64,000 nt of DNA from Octopus vulgaris (taxonomy: Eukaryota), in NCBI GenBank assembly GCA_951406725.2, contig OX597816.1, positions 78,368,001 through 78,432,000 of the forward strand, written 5' to 3'. Below the pieces are notes generated by a model. That model did not search any database and was not told the origin of the DNA. It saw only the letters and a list, made by a program, of their open reading frames with translations. Positions 40,388 through 52,868 of this stretch are shown one piece after another; position 1 is the first letter of the stretch, and each line of letters opens with the position of its first letter. The translations under genes were made by a program, and so were the position numbers.

Positions 40388-42520
40388 TTACATAGAGAGT
40401 ATTTTGCGTAGGATATGAGCAGTTCCCATGGGCACTATCTTTTGAATTTCTGCCATTTTGGGGTTTCCTGGTATCTGAGTTAGGTAGCAATCAGCCCCTT
40501 TCGCTATCATTCCCAGGGCACCTATGACAACAGGTATTGTTTTAGTCTTCAGGTTCCACATTTTGCTGATTTCTGTTTCAAGATCTTTATATTTGCTCAG
40601 TTTTTGGTAGGTCTTGACAGATACGTTTATATCGATTGGGACAGTCATATCAATGAGGAGGCATGTTCTTTGTCTGAAGTCTTTCAATATGATGTCTGGC
40701 CTATTTGCCTCTAACTTTCTGTCAGTTTGAATGGTGAAGTTCCAGAGGAGTGAGATATGGTCATTTTCAAGCACTGGAGGTGGATTGTGTTCCCACCAGT
40801 TTTTCTCATGGGGCAAATCCAGGTTTTTGCAAATTACCCAGTGAATATATTGTGCAGCTCTATCATGCCTGTTGAGGTACTCTGTAGGCGCTAGAAGACT
40901 GCATTTGGAGACAACATGATCAATGGTTTCATTTTGTTGTCGGCATACATGACATGTTGGGCTACTGCCGTTCTTTAATATGTTGGCCTGGTAGTTTCTT
41001 GTTGGTAGGCATTGATCTTGAGCTGCTATGATAAACCCTTCTGTTTCAGATTTTAAGCCAGAGGCCATTAGCCATTGATGGGTCAGGGCTTTGTCAATAT
41101 CTGCATTATTCGCTCTCTTTGGGTATTTGCCATAGAGAGGTTTTTCTTGCCATTTATTATTCAGAATATCTAAGGCCACAGTTTTGGCACGGGTTTTCAT
41201 GTGCCTAGCTTTTTCTGTGCTTGTTTCTTGTATGTCTATCTCTAATTCTGAAATTTGTTGTATTCGGAATTCACTTAGATATTCCTTTGCCTGTTTTGTT
41301 ACTGAGTATGATGCTTTCTTGTTTTCATGTTTTGAGACAAGTTTTAACATCCAGTCCTCAGACTTTTTCAGGTAGGTGTCTAGGCCAATTGTAGCAATCT
41401 TCATTGTTATTGCCAGTTGCAAAAGACCACGGCCTCCCTCTTTTCTTGGCAGATAAAGTCGTTCTGTATCTGCCTTAGGGTGGTGCATTCTATGCATTGT
41501 CAACAATTTTCTTACTTTTCTGTCGAGCTGACATATTTCAGTAATTGACCAGTTAACGATATTGAAACTGTAAGTCACGACTGGTATGGCTAATGCATTG
41601 ATCGCTTCGATCCTGTTTCTTGCATTCAGCTCTGTCTTGAGTATTGCTCTCACTCTTCGATAACATTCTCTCCTGATCCTTTCCTTCATCTCTGAATGCC
41701 TTATTCTGTTCCCTTCAATTACCCCTAGGTACTTGTAGCTCTCCGCTGGGTCTAGTTCTTTTATGACATTCTGCTGGTCAAGGTTAACGTTAGATGTTTC
41801 TGTCATTTTTCCTTTGATAAAGGTAGCTTTTGCACATTTATCGAGGCCGAATTGCATTCTGATGTCGTCACTGAATTGTTTGACTATCGCTAGTAAGCCC
41901 TTGAGTTGTTGGTCATTTTTTGCAAAAAGCTTTAAATCATCCATGTAAATGAGATGATTTATATTTTTATCAAACATTTTATACCCGTACTGCGCATCAT
42001 TGAGCAGTTTTGAGAGAGGTATTAAGGCTAAACAAAAGAGGAGTGGTGACAGTGAGTCACCCTGGAAAATATCACACAAAATTTTTACATCACCAGCATT
42101 TAGGGATTCATTGTCACTGTTTAGAGTTAGTGTGGTTCTCCATGATCTCATACTTACAGTTAAAAAGTTTCGCAGAGTAGGTGCTATCTTATACATTTCC
42201 AGGCATTTCCTAATCCAGCTATGTGGTAGGCTATCAAAAGCCTTTTTATAGTCTATCCAGTCTATTGATAAGTTTTTGTGTCGTTTGTGACAATCTTCTA
42301 AGATCATCTTATTGATGAGTAGTTGATCTTTACAGCCGTAGGATCCACGTTTACATCCTTTCTGTTCATTAGGGAATATGCTGCTGTCTCTTAAAAAACT
42401 ATAAGTGTATTCCGTCAGGACAGATGTTAGCATTTTGTACATAGTTGTTAAACAGGTTATGGGTCTATAGTTTTTTGGTTCATTTGTTTCTTCACTTTTT
42501 GGAAGCAGGAATGTTAACCC
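40388..42520 (-). CDS. R4/Dong-type retrotransposon ORF (RT, CCHC finger, RLE endonuclease), 5'-truncated but open for 711 codons
   Basis: The open frame extends upstream of the called Met (GLTFLLPK..NYRPITCL). Motifs DYKKAFDS, FQGDSLSPLLF, HLIYMDDLK, YKYLG, CHVC..ETIDHVVSKC, RHD, NRPDII..LIDMTVP..KLSKY and GTAHILRKIL. The element's 3' UTR is at about 40193-40387. Confidence 0.93.
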   Translation of the reverse strand, partial: GLTFLLPKSEETNEPKNYRPITCLTTMYKMLTSVLTEYTYSFLRDSSIFPNEQKGCKRGSYGCKDQLLINKMILEDCHKRHKNLSIDWIDYKKAFDSLPHSWIRKCLEMYKIAPTLRNFLTVSMRSWRTTLTLNSDNESLNAGDVKILCDIFQGDSLSPLLFCLALIPLSKLLNDAQYGYKMFDKNINHLIYMDDLKLFAKNDQQLKGLLAIVKQFSDDIRMQFGLDKCAKATFIKGKMTETSNVNLDQQNVIKELDPAESYKYLGVIEGNRIRHSEMKERIRRECYRRVRAILKTELNARNRIEAINALAIPVVTYSFNIVNWSITEICQLDRKVRKLLTMHRMHHPKADTERLYLPRKEGGRGLLQLAITMKIATIGLDTYLKKSEDWMLKLVSKHENKKASYSVTKQAKEYLSEFRIQQISELEIDIQETSTEKARHMKTRAKTVALDILNNKWQEKPLYGKYPKRANNADIDKALTHQWLMASGLKSETEGFIIAAQDQCLPTRNYQANILKNGSSPTCHVCRQQNETIDHVVSKCSLLAPTEYLNRHDRAAQYIHWVICKNLDLPHEKNWWEHNPPPVLENDHISLLWNFTIQTDRKLEANRPDIILKDFRQRTCLLIDMTVPIDINVSVKTYQKLSKYKDLETEISKMWNLKTKTIPVVIGALGMIAKGADCYLTQIPGNPKMAEIQKIVPMGTAHILRKILSM

Positions 42521-42572
42521 ATTATTATTCTTCTTCTTCTTCTTATTATTATTATTATTATCATCATTATTA

Positions 42573-44177
42573 TAGACGTTACACAGTATACAATATCGTG
42601 AGGTTGTTGATTGAAGATATTGTGTCTACTGGGGCTTCGTACTGTTTGTCAAGTCACAACAAGGACCTCAAACAGACAGTGCTTTACATAATATGTATCC
42701 AGTTCCAAGTAATGCTGGCTTTTGCAATACATCTAGATTGTAGGGTACTTCTAAAGTCTTCAGATGTTTTTTTCAGATTGGGTGGTATTGAATCCAATGC
42801 TCTGATGACAATAAGGATAACCTTTATGTTTGACTCTCAGCTGCCACATCTTAGCAAATCTCAATTCTCAGGTCTCTGTATTTATCAACCTTTTCTCTTT
42901 CTTTCATGATAATATGTTGATCTCCTGGCACTGACACGACAATTATCAGGCACTCTTGTTTATCCCCCCAAAAGTTTACTTCAGTGCTCCAACATCCTGT
43001 CTGTCTGGAAATCAAAGTTCCAGAGGATTTTTGCCTTCCCTTTTTTGTCTATTAACTTTTCCAGTGTATGTTGGTACTAAGCAACCATAACCTCATAGCC
43101 ATACTTACGGCATAGTAGTCAGTGGAAGTTTTGGGCTACCTTGTCGAGTCTATGTTTGTATTCTTTCTGTGCAAGACTTTCACAAGCACTAACAATGTGA
43201 GTCACTCTTTCAACCCTCTTCCCAAACATTCTGCAGAGGTCTGTTGCATTTGTGCAGTATGCATTCTTTTTCACTGAGTTGGTATTTAATACCTGGTCCT
43301 GGGCAGTGATAAGTAGGCTTTCAGTATTTTTTTTTAGGTCACCTTTGTTGAGCCACCTCTGTGATGCTTCCTGGTCTTTTAATTTGTTGGTTTCACAATG
43401 GAACTGACCATGTAACTCCATATAGAGTAGGGTTTCTTCTCTCTTGCTGGTTGTTCTTGATCGAAATTCATGAGCACTCCCAAGTCCATTTTTGTTAACT
43501 CCTTCTGCACTAGCAGCATACTGTAGCAGTTCTTGTTTGCTGTTCTCCAAATATTCTGCCATGTTTCTTCTTTCAATGTTGATGCACTCCTGTATGCTAA
43601 TCAGCTCAAGTCCACCTTTACCTGTCTTTATGTGAAGTCTGTGTACATTTGCCTTAGGGTGGAGGGCACCATGCATTGTCATTGTCTTTCAGGTAGTGTG
43701 ATCAAGTTGGTCAGTCTCTGCATTTCAGGATAGGTGTACTATCATGGACTACAGCAACAGTCCATATGATGATGGCAGTCACAAAGTTCCTTGAGTTGAG
43801 CTTTTATTTTAAGAGAAGTTTGAGGCACTTGAAATATGCAGTGATGGCATTGTCTTTCGTTTTTTTGCGCAAGATATTGTCCAACTCCAGGATGCCAAGG
43901 TACTTGTACTCATTATCATCCAGGTCTTCCATTCTCACTCTGTTCGGCAATTTTGTGCCCCTAAAATTTACTCTTTTCCCCCGCTTCAAAGTAAGCACTG
44001 CACACTTTGAGATACTGAATTTTATCCCTATATCCTTGCTGCACATTTGCACACTCTCAACCAGCCTCTCCATTTCAGGCTCTGTTTTTGTGAACAGTTT
44101 AAATCATCTATGAAGAGGTGGTTGAGATGAGGTCCATTCTTTCTCAGCTCATAGTACATGCTGATTTTACATGGACT
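42573..44177 (-). mobile_element. Second R4/Dong-type element, degenerate
   Basis: NHLF.DDL, YKYLGIL, GALHPKANVHRLHI, TESLLITAQDQVL and CRMF..HIVSAC. Flanked by (TAT)n on both sides. Confidence 0.85.
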
Positions 44178-44204
44178 TATTATTATTATTGTTATTATTG
44201 TTAT

Positions 44205-44797
44205 TGCCTTTGCACAGTTTCTAATGCTGGAGATGTACTACAGTGTCAGCTGCTCACTATCAGTGAACTTAGGTAACACCTCTTATTTTTCGAGCACTTT
44301 CCTGAGTATTCAAGCGGTTCCAAGCAGTGCTGTTTCTGCAAGTGCTCCACCCTTATTGCAGCCCCTATTTGTTCCATGTACTTCTTGAGATTTTTGCTCA
44401 CTGTTCCAAGGGCTCCGACAATTATTGGTACTACTGCTACCTTTTTCATCAACCACAACTGCTTAACTTCTCAAGCTAACCTGCCATATCTCTCAACTTT
44501 TCTTTCTTCCTTATCGCATACCTTGTTGTCCGCTGGTCATACTATGTCTACGATCCAGCATAGTTTGTTTGCTTTCTCAATTAAGACTATGTCCGGCTTC
44601 CGATTCTCAATCTCATGGTCGCACTGAATCATAAAATCCCATAGGATCTTTGCATTTCTATTTTCAACAATGCCTTCAGGTTTGTGGTCGTACCAAGTTT
44701 TTGCTCTGTCAGTTCCATACTTGTTGCAAAGTGTCCAATGGACAAGCTTGGCTATATTGTCATGGCGTCTCTAATATTCTTTCTGGGCTAGTTGCAT
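44205..44797 (-). mobile_element. Third R4/Dong-type element, 3' fragment
   Basis: KILWDFMIQCDHEIENRKPDIV and VVPIIVGALGTVSKNL. Flanked by (TAT)n. Confidence 0.85.
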
Positions 44798-44824
44798 ACA
44801 TTATTATTATTATTATTATTATTA

Positions 44825-44865
<41 letters not shown>

Positions 44866-44998
44866 ATCATCATCATTGTTTAACGTTTGCTTTCCATGCT
44901 AGCATGGTTTCACAAGTGCAGGCTATCATGGAAAGTGGACATTAAACGATTCTAGTATGGAAAGTGGACATTAAACGATTATTATTATTACTATTATT

Positions 44999-45033
<35 letters not shown>

Positions 45034-45052
45034 TACTATTATTATTATTATT

Positions 45053-45684
45053 TTGGTTTGACTCAGGTTTGGGCTTATTCCAGGTTGGGATTCTGTGGAT
45101 AGTGGGTTACTACCTGTGACCTTAGGTATCCACAAATTTTCAGCTTGATAATCCTTACTGTCTCAGTACACCAATTATTATAGGAATGACCTTTACTGTT
45201 GCATGCTCCAAATTCTTCCTATTTTGAATTTTAGGAGGTTGTATTTTCTTTGTTTTCTTCCCTTTTCTTTACAATCCTGGAATCAAATGGGCATGATGGG
45301 CCAATAAGTAAGCAACTTTGCTTTTCTTTATCTATAATTGTAATATCTAGTCTATTGTTTTCTAATTTCTTGTCTGTTTGAATTAGAAAGTCCCACAAAA
45401 TCTTACATTTCTCTGACTCTAGTACTTTTCGACTCGATGATTGCACCATGTATTTCCAGCTTCAAGTTCCCATTTCTGGCACACCTTTCAGTGTAAAACT
45501 TTTATAACCTGGTTCTGCCTCCATTTTTTATATTCTTCCTATGCCAACTCGGGTATTCTACCACAGTGTGTGTCACTGTCTCATTCCAAGTTTCACAGGA
45601 CCTATGTTTTTCTGACACATTCTCTCCATATATATTTCTTCTTAAGTTGTTGGTTTCTTCACTTGATCTTGGGGTGCTACAGTT
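45053..45684 (-). mobile_element. Fourth R4/Dong-type element, 3' fragment
   Basis: KILWDFLIQTDKKLENNRLDITII..SCPFDSRI. Abuts (TAT)n at about 44978-45052. Confidence 0.8.
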
Positions 45685-45686
45685 AG

Positions 45687-46110
45687 GCTCTCTTTACTCT
45701 TACCCTTTCACTTGTTTCAGTCATTTGACTGCGGTCATGCTGGAGCACCACCTTTAATCGAGCAACTCGACCCTGGGACTTATTCTTTGTAAGCCCAGTA
45801 CTTATTCTATTGGTCTCTTTTGCCGAACCGCTAAGTGACGGGGACATAAACACACCAGCATCGGTTGTCAAGCAATGCTAGGGGGATAAACACAGACACA
45901 CAAACATACATGCACATATATATATATATATATATATACATATATACGACGGGCTTCTTTCAGTTTCTGTCTACCAAATCCACTCACAAGGCTTTGGTCG
46001 GCCCGAGGCTATAGTAGAAGACACCTGACCAAGGTGTCACGCAGTGGGACTGAACCCAGAACCATGTGGCTGGTAAGCAAGCTACTTACCATACAGCCAC
46101 TCCTGCGCCT
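45687..46110 (-). mobile_element. Full-length CORE-like tRNA SINE, low divergence
   Basis: Minus strand AGGCGCAGGAGTGGCTGTATGGTAAGTAGCTTGC...GGTTCAGTCCCAC...CCTTGGTCAGGTGTCTTC, with an internal TA/TG microsatellite and a (GAGTAA)-like tail. Confidence 0.85.
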
Positions 46111-46199
46111 CTCTGTTTCTTTTTTATAATTTTTAACCAGGCCCAGGATTTTGTTCCACATACATCTTCAGTGCTGTCTGATGTGCTCTCTTTGTATTT

Positions 46200-47690
46200 A
46201 TTGAGTATTATGCTTTTTATCACAGGTTTTGTTGGAGCTCCTGGAGTCTTACATGCATAGTGGGCCTGGAACCTGCAGCCTACTGTACTATGCTACCCAT
46301 TCTTTTCAGCTAATACTTTCCTGATCATTCTGGCTGTGCCAAGAAGGCAGATCTTTTGTAACAGTTCTACTGGGCACCCTGTTCCAATTTCCTTTATAAT
46401 CTTGATGCCTGCTGATAATGTTCCCAAGGACCCAACAATAATTGGCACTATCTTCACCTTCTTCATTTTCCATAGCCAGGCTGTTTTGTACATAAGAGGG
46501 TTGTATTTATCTATCTTTAAGCCTTTCTTCTTGACTATTCATGGGTCAAAGTGGTATGCAACATCAACTATATAGCATATGTGGTGCATCTTGTCCACCA
46601 CCACTAGGTCTGATCAGTTATGCTCTAGCATCTGATCTGTTTGGATTGGAAAATCCCAGGGGATTTTGCTAGTATCCAACTCCACCACTCTGCAGTTTGT
46701 GCTTATACCACATCTTGCCTCTCTCTAGCCCCCACTTTTTGCACAGTTTCCAATGTAGCACTTTCACTACCTGATTGTGTCGCCACAACTTGTAGTGGTT
46801 TTGGGCAAGTCTAGGACATTCGTTTGTAATATGGGCAATGGTTTCATCCACTCTATTGCAGATGCGGCACTGCAAAGACACTCACTCATTCCTAAGGTTG
46901 ACTCTCCAGTTCATGGCCAAAGCTTGGTCTTACTCTACCAGTATAGTGCTCTCGGTCTCTTTTTTTAGTGTTCATTTCATCAGCTAATCCCACCTACTTT
47001 TTCCAGCAACTTCTGTTGTGATTGCACAGAATTGATTGTGTAGTCTCTTCTTGTGTAATTCTTCTTCACGTCCATTTTGCATTTCTTCCTTTGTTTTCCC
47101 TTTTTTCTTTGCTGTCAATACTCCCTCATTCCTAACTGTCACTAGCAAGGTTTCCTTACTCTGGGCTAGGTATATCATTAAGCTCTCAAATTCAATATAT
47201 ACACAGTCTTATCAGTTCTCTTCCTCCATTTGCTCTCTTCATGTATAGGCAATCATTGTCCGCATGTGAATGATGGGCTCCATGCATCATTAGAAGCTTT
47301 CTTGACTTCCTGTCCATCTCCTTTAGTTCTGCCTCTGTCCACTTCAGGATTCCTGTGCCATACCGAACTACTGCAACTGCATGTGAGTTTATTGCTGAAA
47401 TTATGTTTCTAGCATTCATCTTTGAAGCCAGTATTTTTCTTACTCACTGCAGATACTCTCTTTTTGTCTTTTTCTTCATGTCACTATGTTTGATTCCATC
47501 AGCTTCAAGTATTCCCAGGTATTTATAGCTGGATTGAGGTTGAATTGCCTTCATCATTTCACCACTTGGCAACCATATGCTTTCTGTTCTGAAAAGCTTT
47601 CTCATCTCATCATAATCATAGCACATTTTGAGAGTCCAAACTCCATCTTAATATCATCAGAGAAAATCCGCACAGATTATGGATCAAACA
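46200..47690 (-). mobile_element. Fifth R4/Dong-type element, degenerate
   Basis: SYKYLGILE, MNARNIISAINSHAV, CRICNRVDETIAHITNEC and LLQKICLLGTARMIRKVL. Confidence 0.85.
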
Positions 47691-47699
47691 ACTGAAATT

Positions 47700-48030
47700 G
47701 TTATTGCTCTCGGCTCCAGCTTTTCAAGTAATTTATTAACATGGATGTGAATCATCGACCTCTTCCTTTTCATACAAATATTTGATCACTTTGTAACTGA
47801 GTGAGCATTTGAAGTCAGAGGAAAGCTCAAATTATTTTTTGAAGTTCAGTGAAACCTGGAATTTTTTGCCAGGTTGGATGATGAAGAATGGATCATGCAC
47901 CTTTCCTGTTTGATATTTTCGAGCAGTAGTATAAACTGGATCTTCAATTGCAAGGAAGAATACAAACATAAAATTCATGGATTCTTTGAAAATCTTCATA
48001 TGGAAATTGGAAAATAGGAAGAGAAAGAAT
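47700..48030 (+). mobile_element. hAT (Charlie/SPIN-like) transposase fragment
   Basis: A DDEEWIMHLS..DIFEQ..KLDLQLQGR...DSLKIFIWKLEN-like segment read across frameshifts. Confidence 0.6.
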
Positions 48031-48572
48031 AGTTTTAAAATATTGTAAAGTGATTAGGTGGCTGAATTGTTAGCACACCGGGCAAAATGCTTAGCAGCAT
48101 TTTGTCCATCTTTATGTTCTGAGTTCAAATTCTGCCAAAGTTGCCTTTGCCTTTCATTATTTTGGGGTTGATAAAATAAGCACCAGTGGAACATGGGTTG
48201 ATGTAATTAACCTACTCCATCCCTTGAAATTACTGGCCTTTTGCCAAAATTCAAATCTATCAACATTTTCTATGGCTATTAAATGAAATAATCCAATATG
48301 TATATGGTATATGTACTAAAACTGAAAAATAAAAGATTTTCAATTTTAAAATGCATAGTATATGAAAGCATCTTTTGAGTCAGACAGTTTTAGAAAGGGG
48401 AATATGATTTGAGAGATTTGGTTAGATTTTCACACAGGTCAGCACAACTTCATAGAAACACCATCTTTGGCTTGTATGGGAAAGTTTGTTGTTATTTAGC
48501 TCTTTGTCAGCTTTAACTGAACAGATCTATATAAGTGCTAAACATATCAGAAGTGATCATCTGTTATTTTTT

Positions 48573-48794
48573 TTAACCCTTTAGCATTAAAACTGGTTAT
48601 ATCTGGCTCAAATATTGTAACTATTTTATGTTAAACCTGGCTGGATTTACTCCTACCTTACAATGTCATTCTAAAATTAAGCAAACATGTCATTGAAATC
48701 TTGAAGTTACAAAATAATGCATGATTAATTTAAAACAATGTGAATAAATTAGCCTTACACATTTGAGAGAGCAATCTGAATGCTAGAGGGTTAA
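48573..48794. mobile_element. piggyBac-like MITE with TTAA TSD
   Basis: TTAA-ccctttagcatt ... aatgctagaggg-TTAA. Confidence 0.8.
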
Positions 48795-50435
48795 GGCAGT
48801 AAGGTGTCACTTGAAAGGCTTCTATTTCTAGCAGGTTGGCATGACAGCATACAGGTAACCTCGTAGGTTCAGATGGGGAAGATGCACTTTGTTAGTGTAT
48901 GATAAAGTAGTATATCTTCTTTCAACTTAGTTTAGTAATAAATACTTTATTTGATTGTAAGATATAGCACAAATATAATTGTCAGATTATATATACTTGT
49001 CTAATATACTAAATATGATTGTCAGATTATATAAAACTGCACGAAAATTAGACAATAAAAACCAGAAATGTTCTGAATCTAAGTAGTTTATAAAACAGTC
49101 AGTCATGAAAAGGAAATCATACAGGATGTAAATACAGGAAGGAAATATAAAAGAACAGAATAAATTAGATTTAACTTTCAAGATTGAGCTGACAGAGAGG
49201 CCTGCCATTTTTGTGTCAGAGAGAAGGAAGGATCAGTCTCTCTTCAAAAATATATATATCCTTGTCTATTGGCATTCAGATATTTTCTAAAAAGAGAATT
49301 TTAGATAATAACATCAACAGTTTTTATGTAGTGAAGAAGCATTAGTTATCTTTGTCTTCAGAGGATTAAGAATAAAGCTGTTTAAAAAAATTTGAAATCA
49401 AGGTAAAAACTGAGAAAATTAAAAAGAACACACACACACACACAAATATAAATATACGATGGGCTTCTTTCAGTTTCTGTCTACAAAAACCACTCACAAG
49501 GCTTTGGTTGGCCTGAGGCTATAGTAGAAGACACTTGCCCAAGGTGCCACACAGTGAGACTGAACCCAGAATATGGTTGGGAAGTAAGCTTCTTACCACA
49601 CAACCACACCTATGCCTATATATATAAAATATCATTTTGATTAGACTTTTTTTGGCTTGGCAGCTTCCAGACAAAACTTAATGCACCATTCAAAATACAT
49701 TTAAAATTAAATTGGACTGCTTTTAACATTGAGTCCCTTCATATATCATCATCATCATCATCATCATCAGTAGCAGCAGCAGCATTTTCCATCCACTTTT
49801 CATGCTGGCAGGGGTTAAGCAGGATCCAACAGGTTGGAAGACCATATCTTGTTCCAGTGTTGCACTTTGTGTATAGTTTCTAAGGTTGGATATTTGTCCT
49901 GATGCCAAACACTTGGCAGAGTATACTGGATGTTTATTTTTGTGGTACAAGTGCTAGCAAGATTGCCTTGTAATTCACAAGGATAAAGTTCCCTCTTAAC
50001 TGAGTAGGAATATAGTAGAGAGGGAGAAGGCTTGATGTTAGGTGTTGAGAGTGGAAAAAAGAGAGTGTACAAACAGAAGATAAAAAAAAGATGAATGGAT
50101 ACAGGTTGCAACAGAGAGTGTGAAATGGTTTGAGATAGGGTCGGGGTGAATGTAAACAATGGTGGAGAGCAGATGTTAAGTAAAAATGAGTTGAGTGGAT
50201 GGTAATAAGCATGAAGAATGGATAGATGGCAATAGAAGTGGTCCAGGAGAGAGGAAGTCATGACTGGCAGTACAGAAAGGGGGAAGAGTAGTAGACTAAT
50301 ACAGTATATAAAAAAAGGATGAGAGGTATATTATAAAATTAGTTTTGATTTGAATTTCAAGTTTCACTGTCAATACTATTTATTTGAGTTCCTCCATCAG
50401 AAAATATTCAGCTAGCCAGTACTTAATACACTTAC

Positions 50436-50444
50436 GTGGATACA
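50436..50444 (-). CDS. Candidate 9-nt microexon of the USP gene (TGTATCCAC), giving M-Y-P-P in place of T
   Basis: Minus strand reads ctctaaatctttgttAG | TGTATCCAC | GTAAGT, a perfect donor. It is symmetric in phase 1, keeps the frame between E2 and E3 without a stop, and lies in apparently unique sequence. Confidence 0.55.
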
Positions 50445-50693
50445 CTAACAAAGATTTAGAGTGGTTTGTTTGTTCTTATTAGACACAAATCATAAAATTC
50501 TGCTAAAGTGCATCATTCCTAAGCGTAGCATGGAATATATGTGTGCGTGCATGCACACGCGTGTGTGAGTGTTTGCTAGTGTGTGCATACATATGTATGT
50601 GCATATGGATGTATGTATATACATATATATATGTATGTATATATATATATATACATATGTATGTATGTACAAATATGTACATATGTTTGTATA

Positions 50694-51856
50694 TTGAGGG
50701 GGTACCCAAAAGTAACTGGAAACATTCTTTGTGGGACAAGCCCATTGTAGTTTAGGCTTCTACCACTAGAAGCCACTTGATTCGACCCTCAGGCATCAGT
50801 CTATTTCTTTACTACCCACAAGGGGCTAAACACAGAGAGGACAAACCAGGACAGACACACAGATTAAGTCGATTATATCGACCCCAGTGCGTAACTGGTA
50901 CTTATTTAATCGACCCCGAAAGGATGAAAGGCAAAGTCGACCTTGGTGGAATTTGAACTCAGAACGTAACGCCAGATGAAATGCTGCTAAGCATTTCGCC
51001 CGGTGTGCTAACGTTTCTGCCAGCTCGCCTCAGGCATCAGTCTACTGACCAGCATTGTATGGTAGGGTCATACTGCCATGTGGTGTGTCTTTGTTTCACA
51101 GTGCTTCTTCCCTCTTAGTCAATTTTTGCGATGGCTGAAACGAAGGAATAATGTTCTTCTGTGAAATTGTTTTCTGTTGGGGAAAATGGTGGCCAAAACA
51201 GTTGGTTATGCTTCAGACAGCTTACAAGGCCACTGCCATGAGCAAAACACAAGTTTATAAGTGGCTTTCATACTTTAGGAATGGTCACTTGTTGCTTGAG
51301 GACCAACCTTGTTCAGGGCAACCATCAACCTCCTGAATGAATGAAAACATAAAAATTCATGAACTGATCTTGGAAGAACATAACTGAACAATTGATGAAC
51401 TTGTTGATATGACTGGTGTGTTCTGGAGCTCCTACCAATGAATTTTGAGCAAGGAATTGCAAGTGAAAAGAGTTGCAGCAAAACTTGTGCCTTGCTTGCT
51501 CAAAGAAGCTCAAAAGCAATCAAGACTGAATGCATGTTGCCATCACTAGTGATCATTCCAAACACCATGATGTTGACTGGGGTTTGATTTTTATAACTTT
51601 CCTTAGATTGACTCTCTTCAGATTGATACCCAAACACTCTAAAATGTTCATATTGAAGCTTCTGGCGTGAAGGCCAAGTGGTACAGCATGTCTTTTCCAA
51701 ATTCTGGCAGAGTGAATGGTGTCATGGCATTGTTTTTCTCACAAACTGTGCCCAACTGACCCTACAATACTGTGTAGTCAACAAAATCGAATATAAATAA
51801 TGCACATTTGGAAATTGAAAATATAAAATGGTGACAATTTACCTATCACACCCTGT
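50694..51856 (+). mobile_element. mariner 5' half (same family as 21797) with a nested SINE, joined to a Tc1-like fragment
   Basis: TIR gagggggtacccaaaagtaactgg and motifs MSKTQVYKWLSYFR and KRVAAKLVP. The sequence switches family at about 51540. Confidence 0.75.
50804..51029 (-). mobile_element. Young tRNA SINE with a ~15-bp TSD
   Basis: TSD tcaggcatcagtcta on both sides, CpGs retained. Confidence 0.88.
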
Positions 51857-52125
51857 GTATATATATATATATGTATTTGTATGCTTTTCTACTCTAAGCA
51901 CAAGGCCTAAAATTTATGGGGGAGGGACCAGTCGATTAGATCAACATTAGTACGTAACTGAAAGGATGAAAAGCAAAGTTGACCTCAGTTGAATTTGAAC
52001 TCAGAATGTAAAGACAGATGAAATACTACTAAGCATTTTGCTCAGCATGTTAACATTTCTGCCAGCTCGTCCCCTTCAATATGTATATATATGTGTGTGT
52101 ATGTGTGCATGTATATATATGTGCG

Positions 52126-52868
<743 letters not shown>

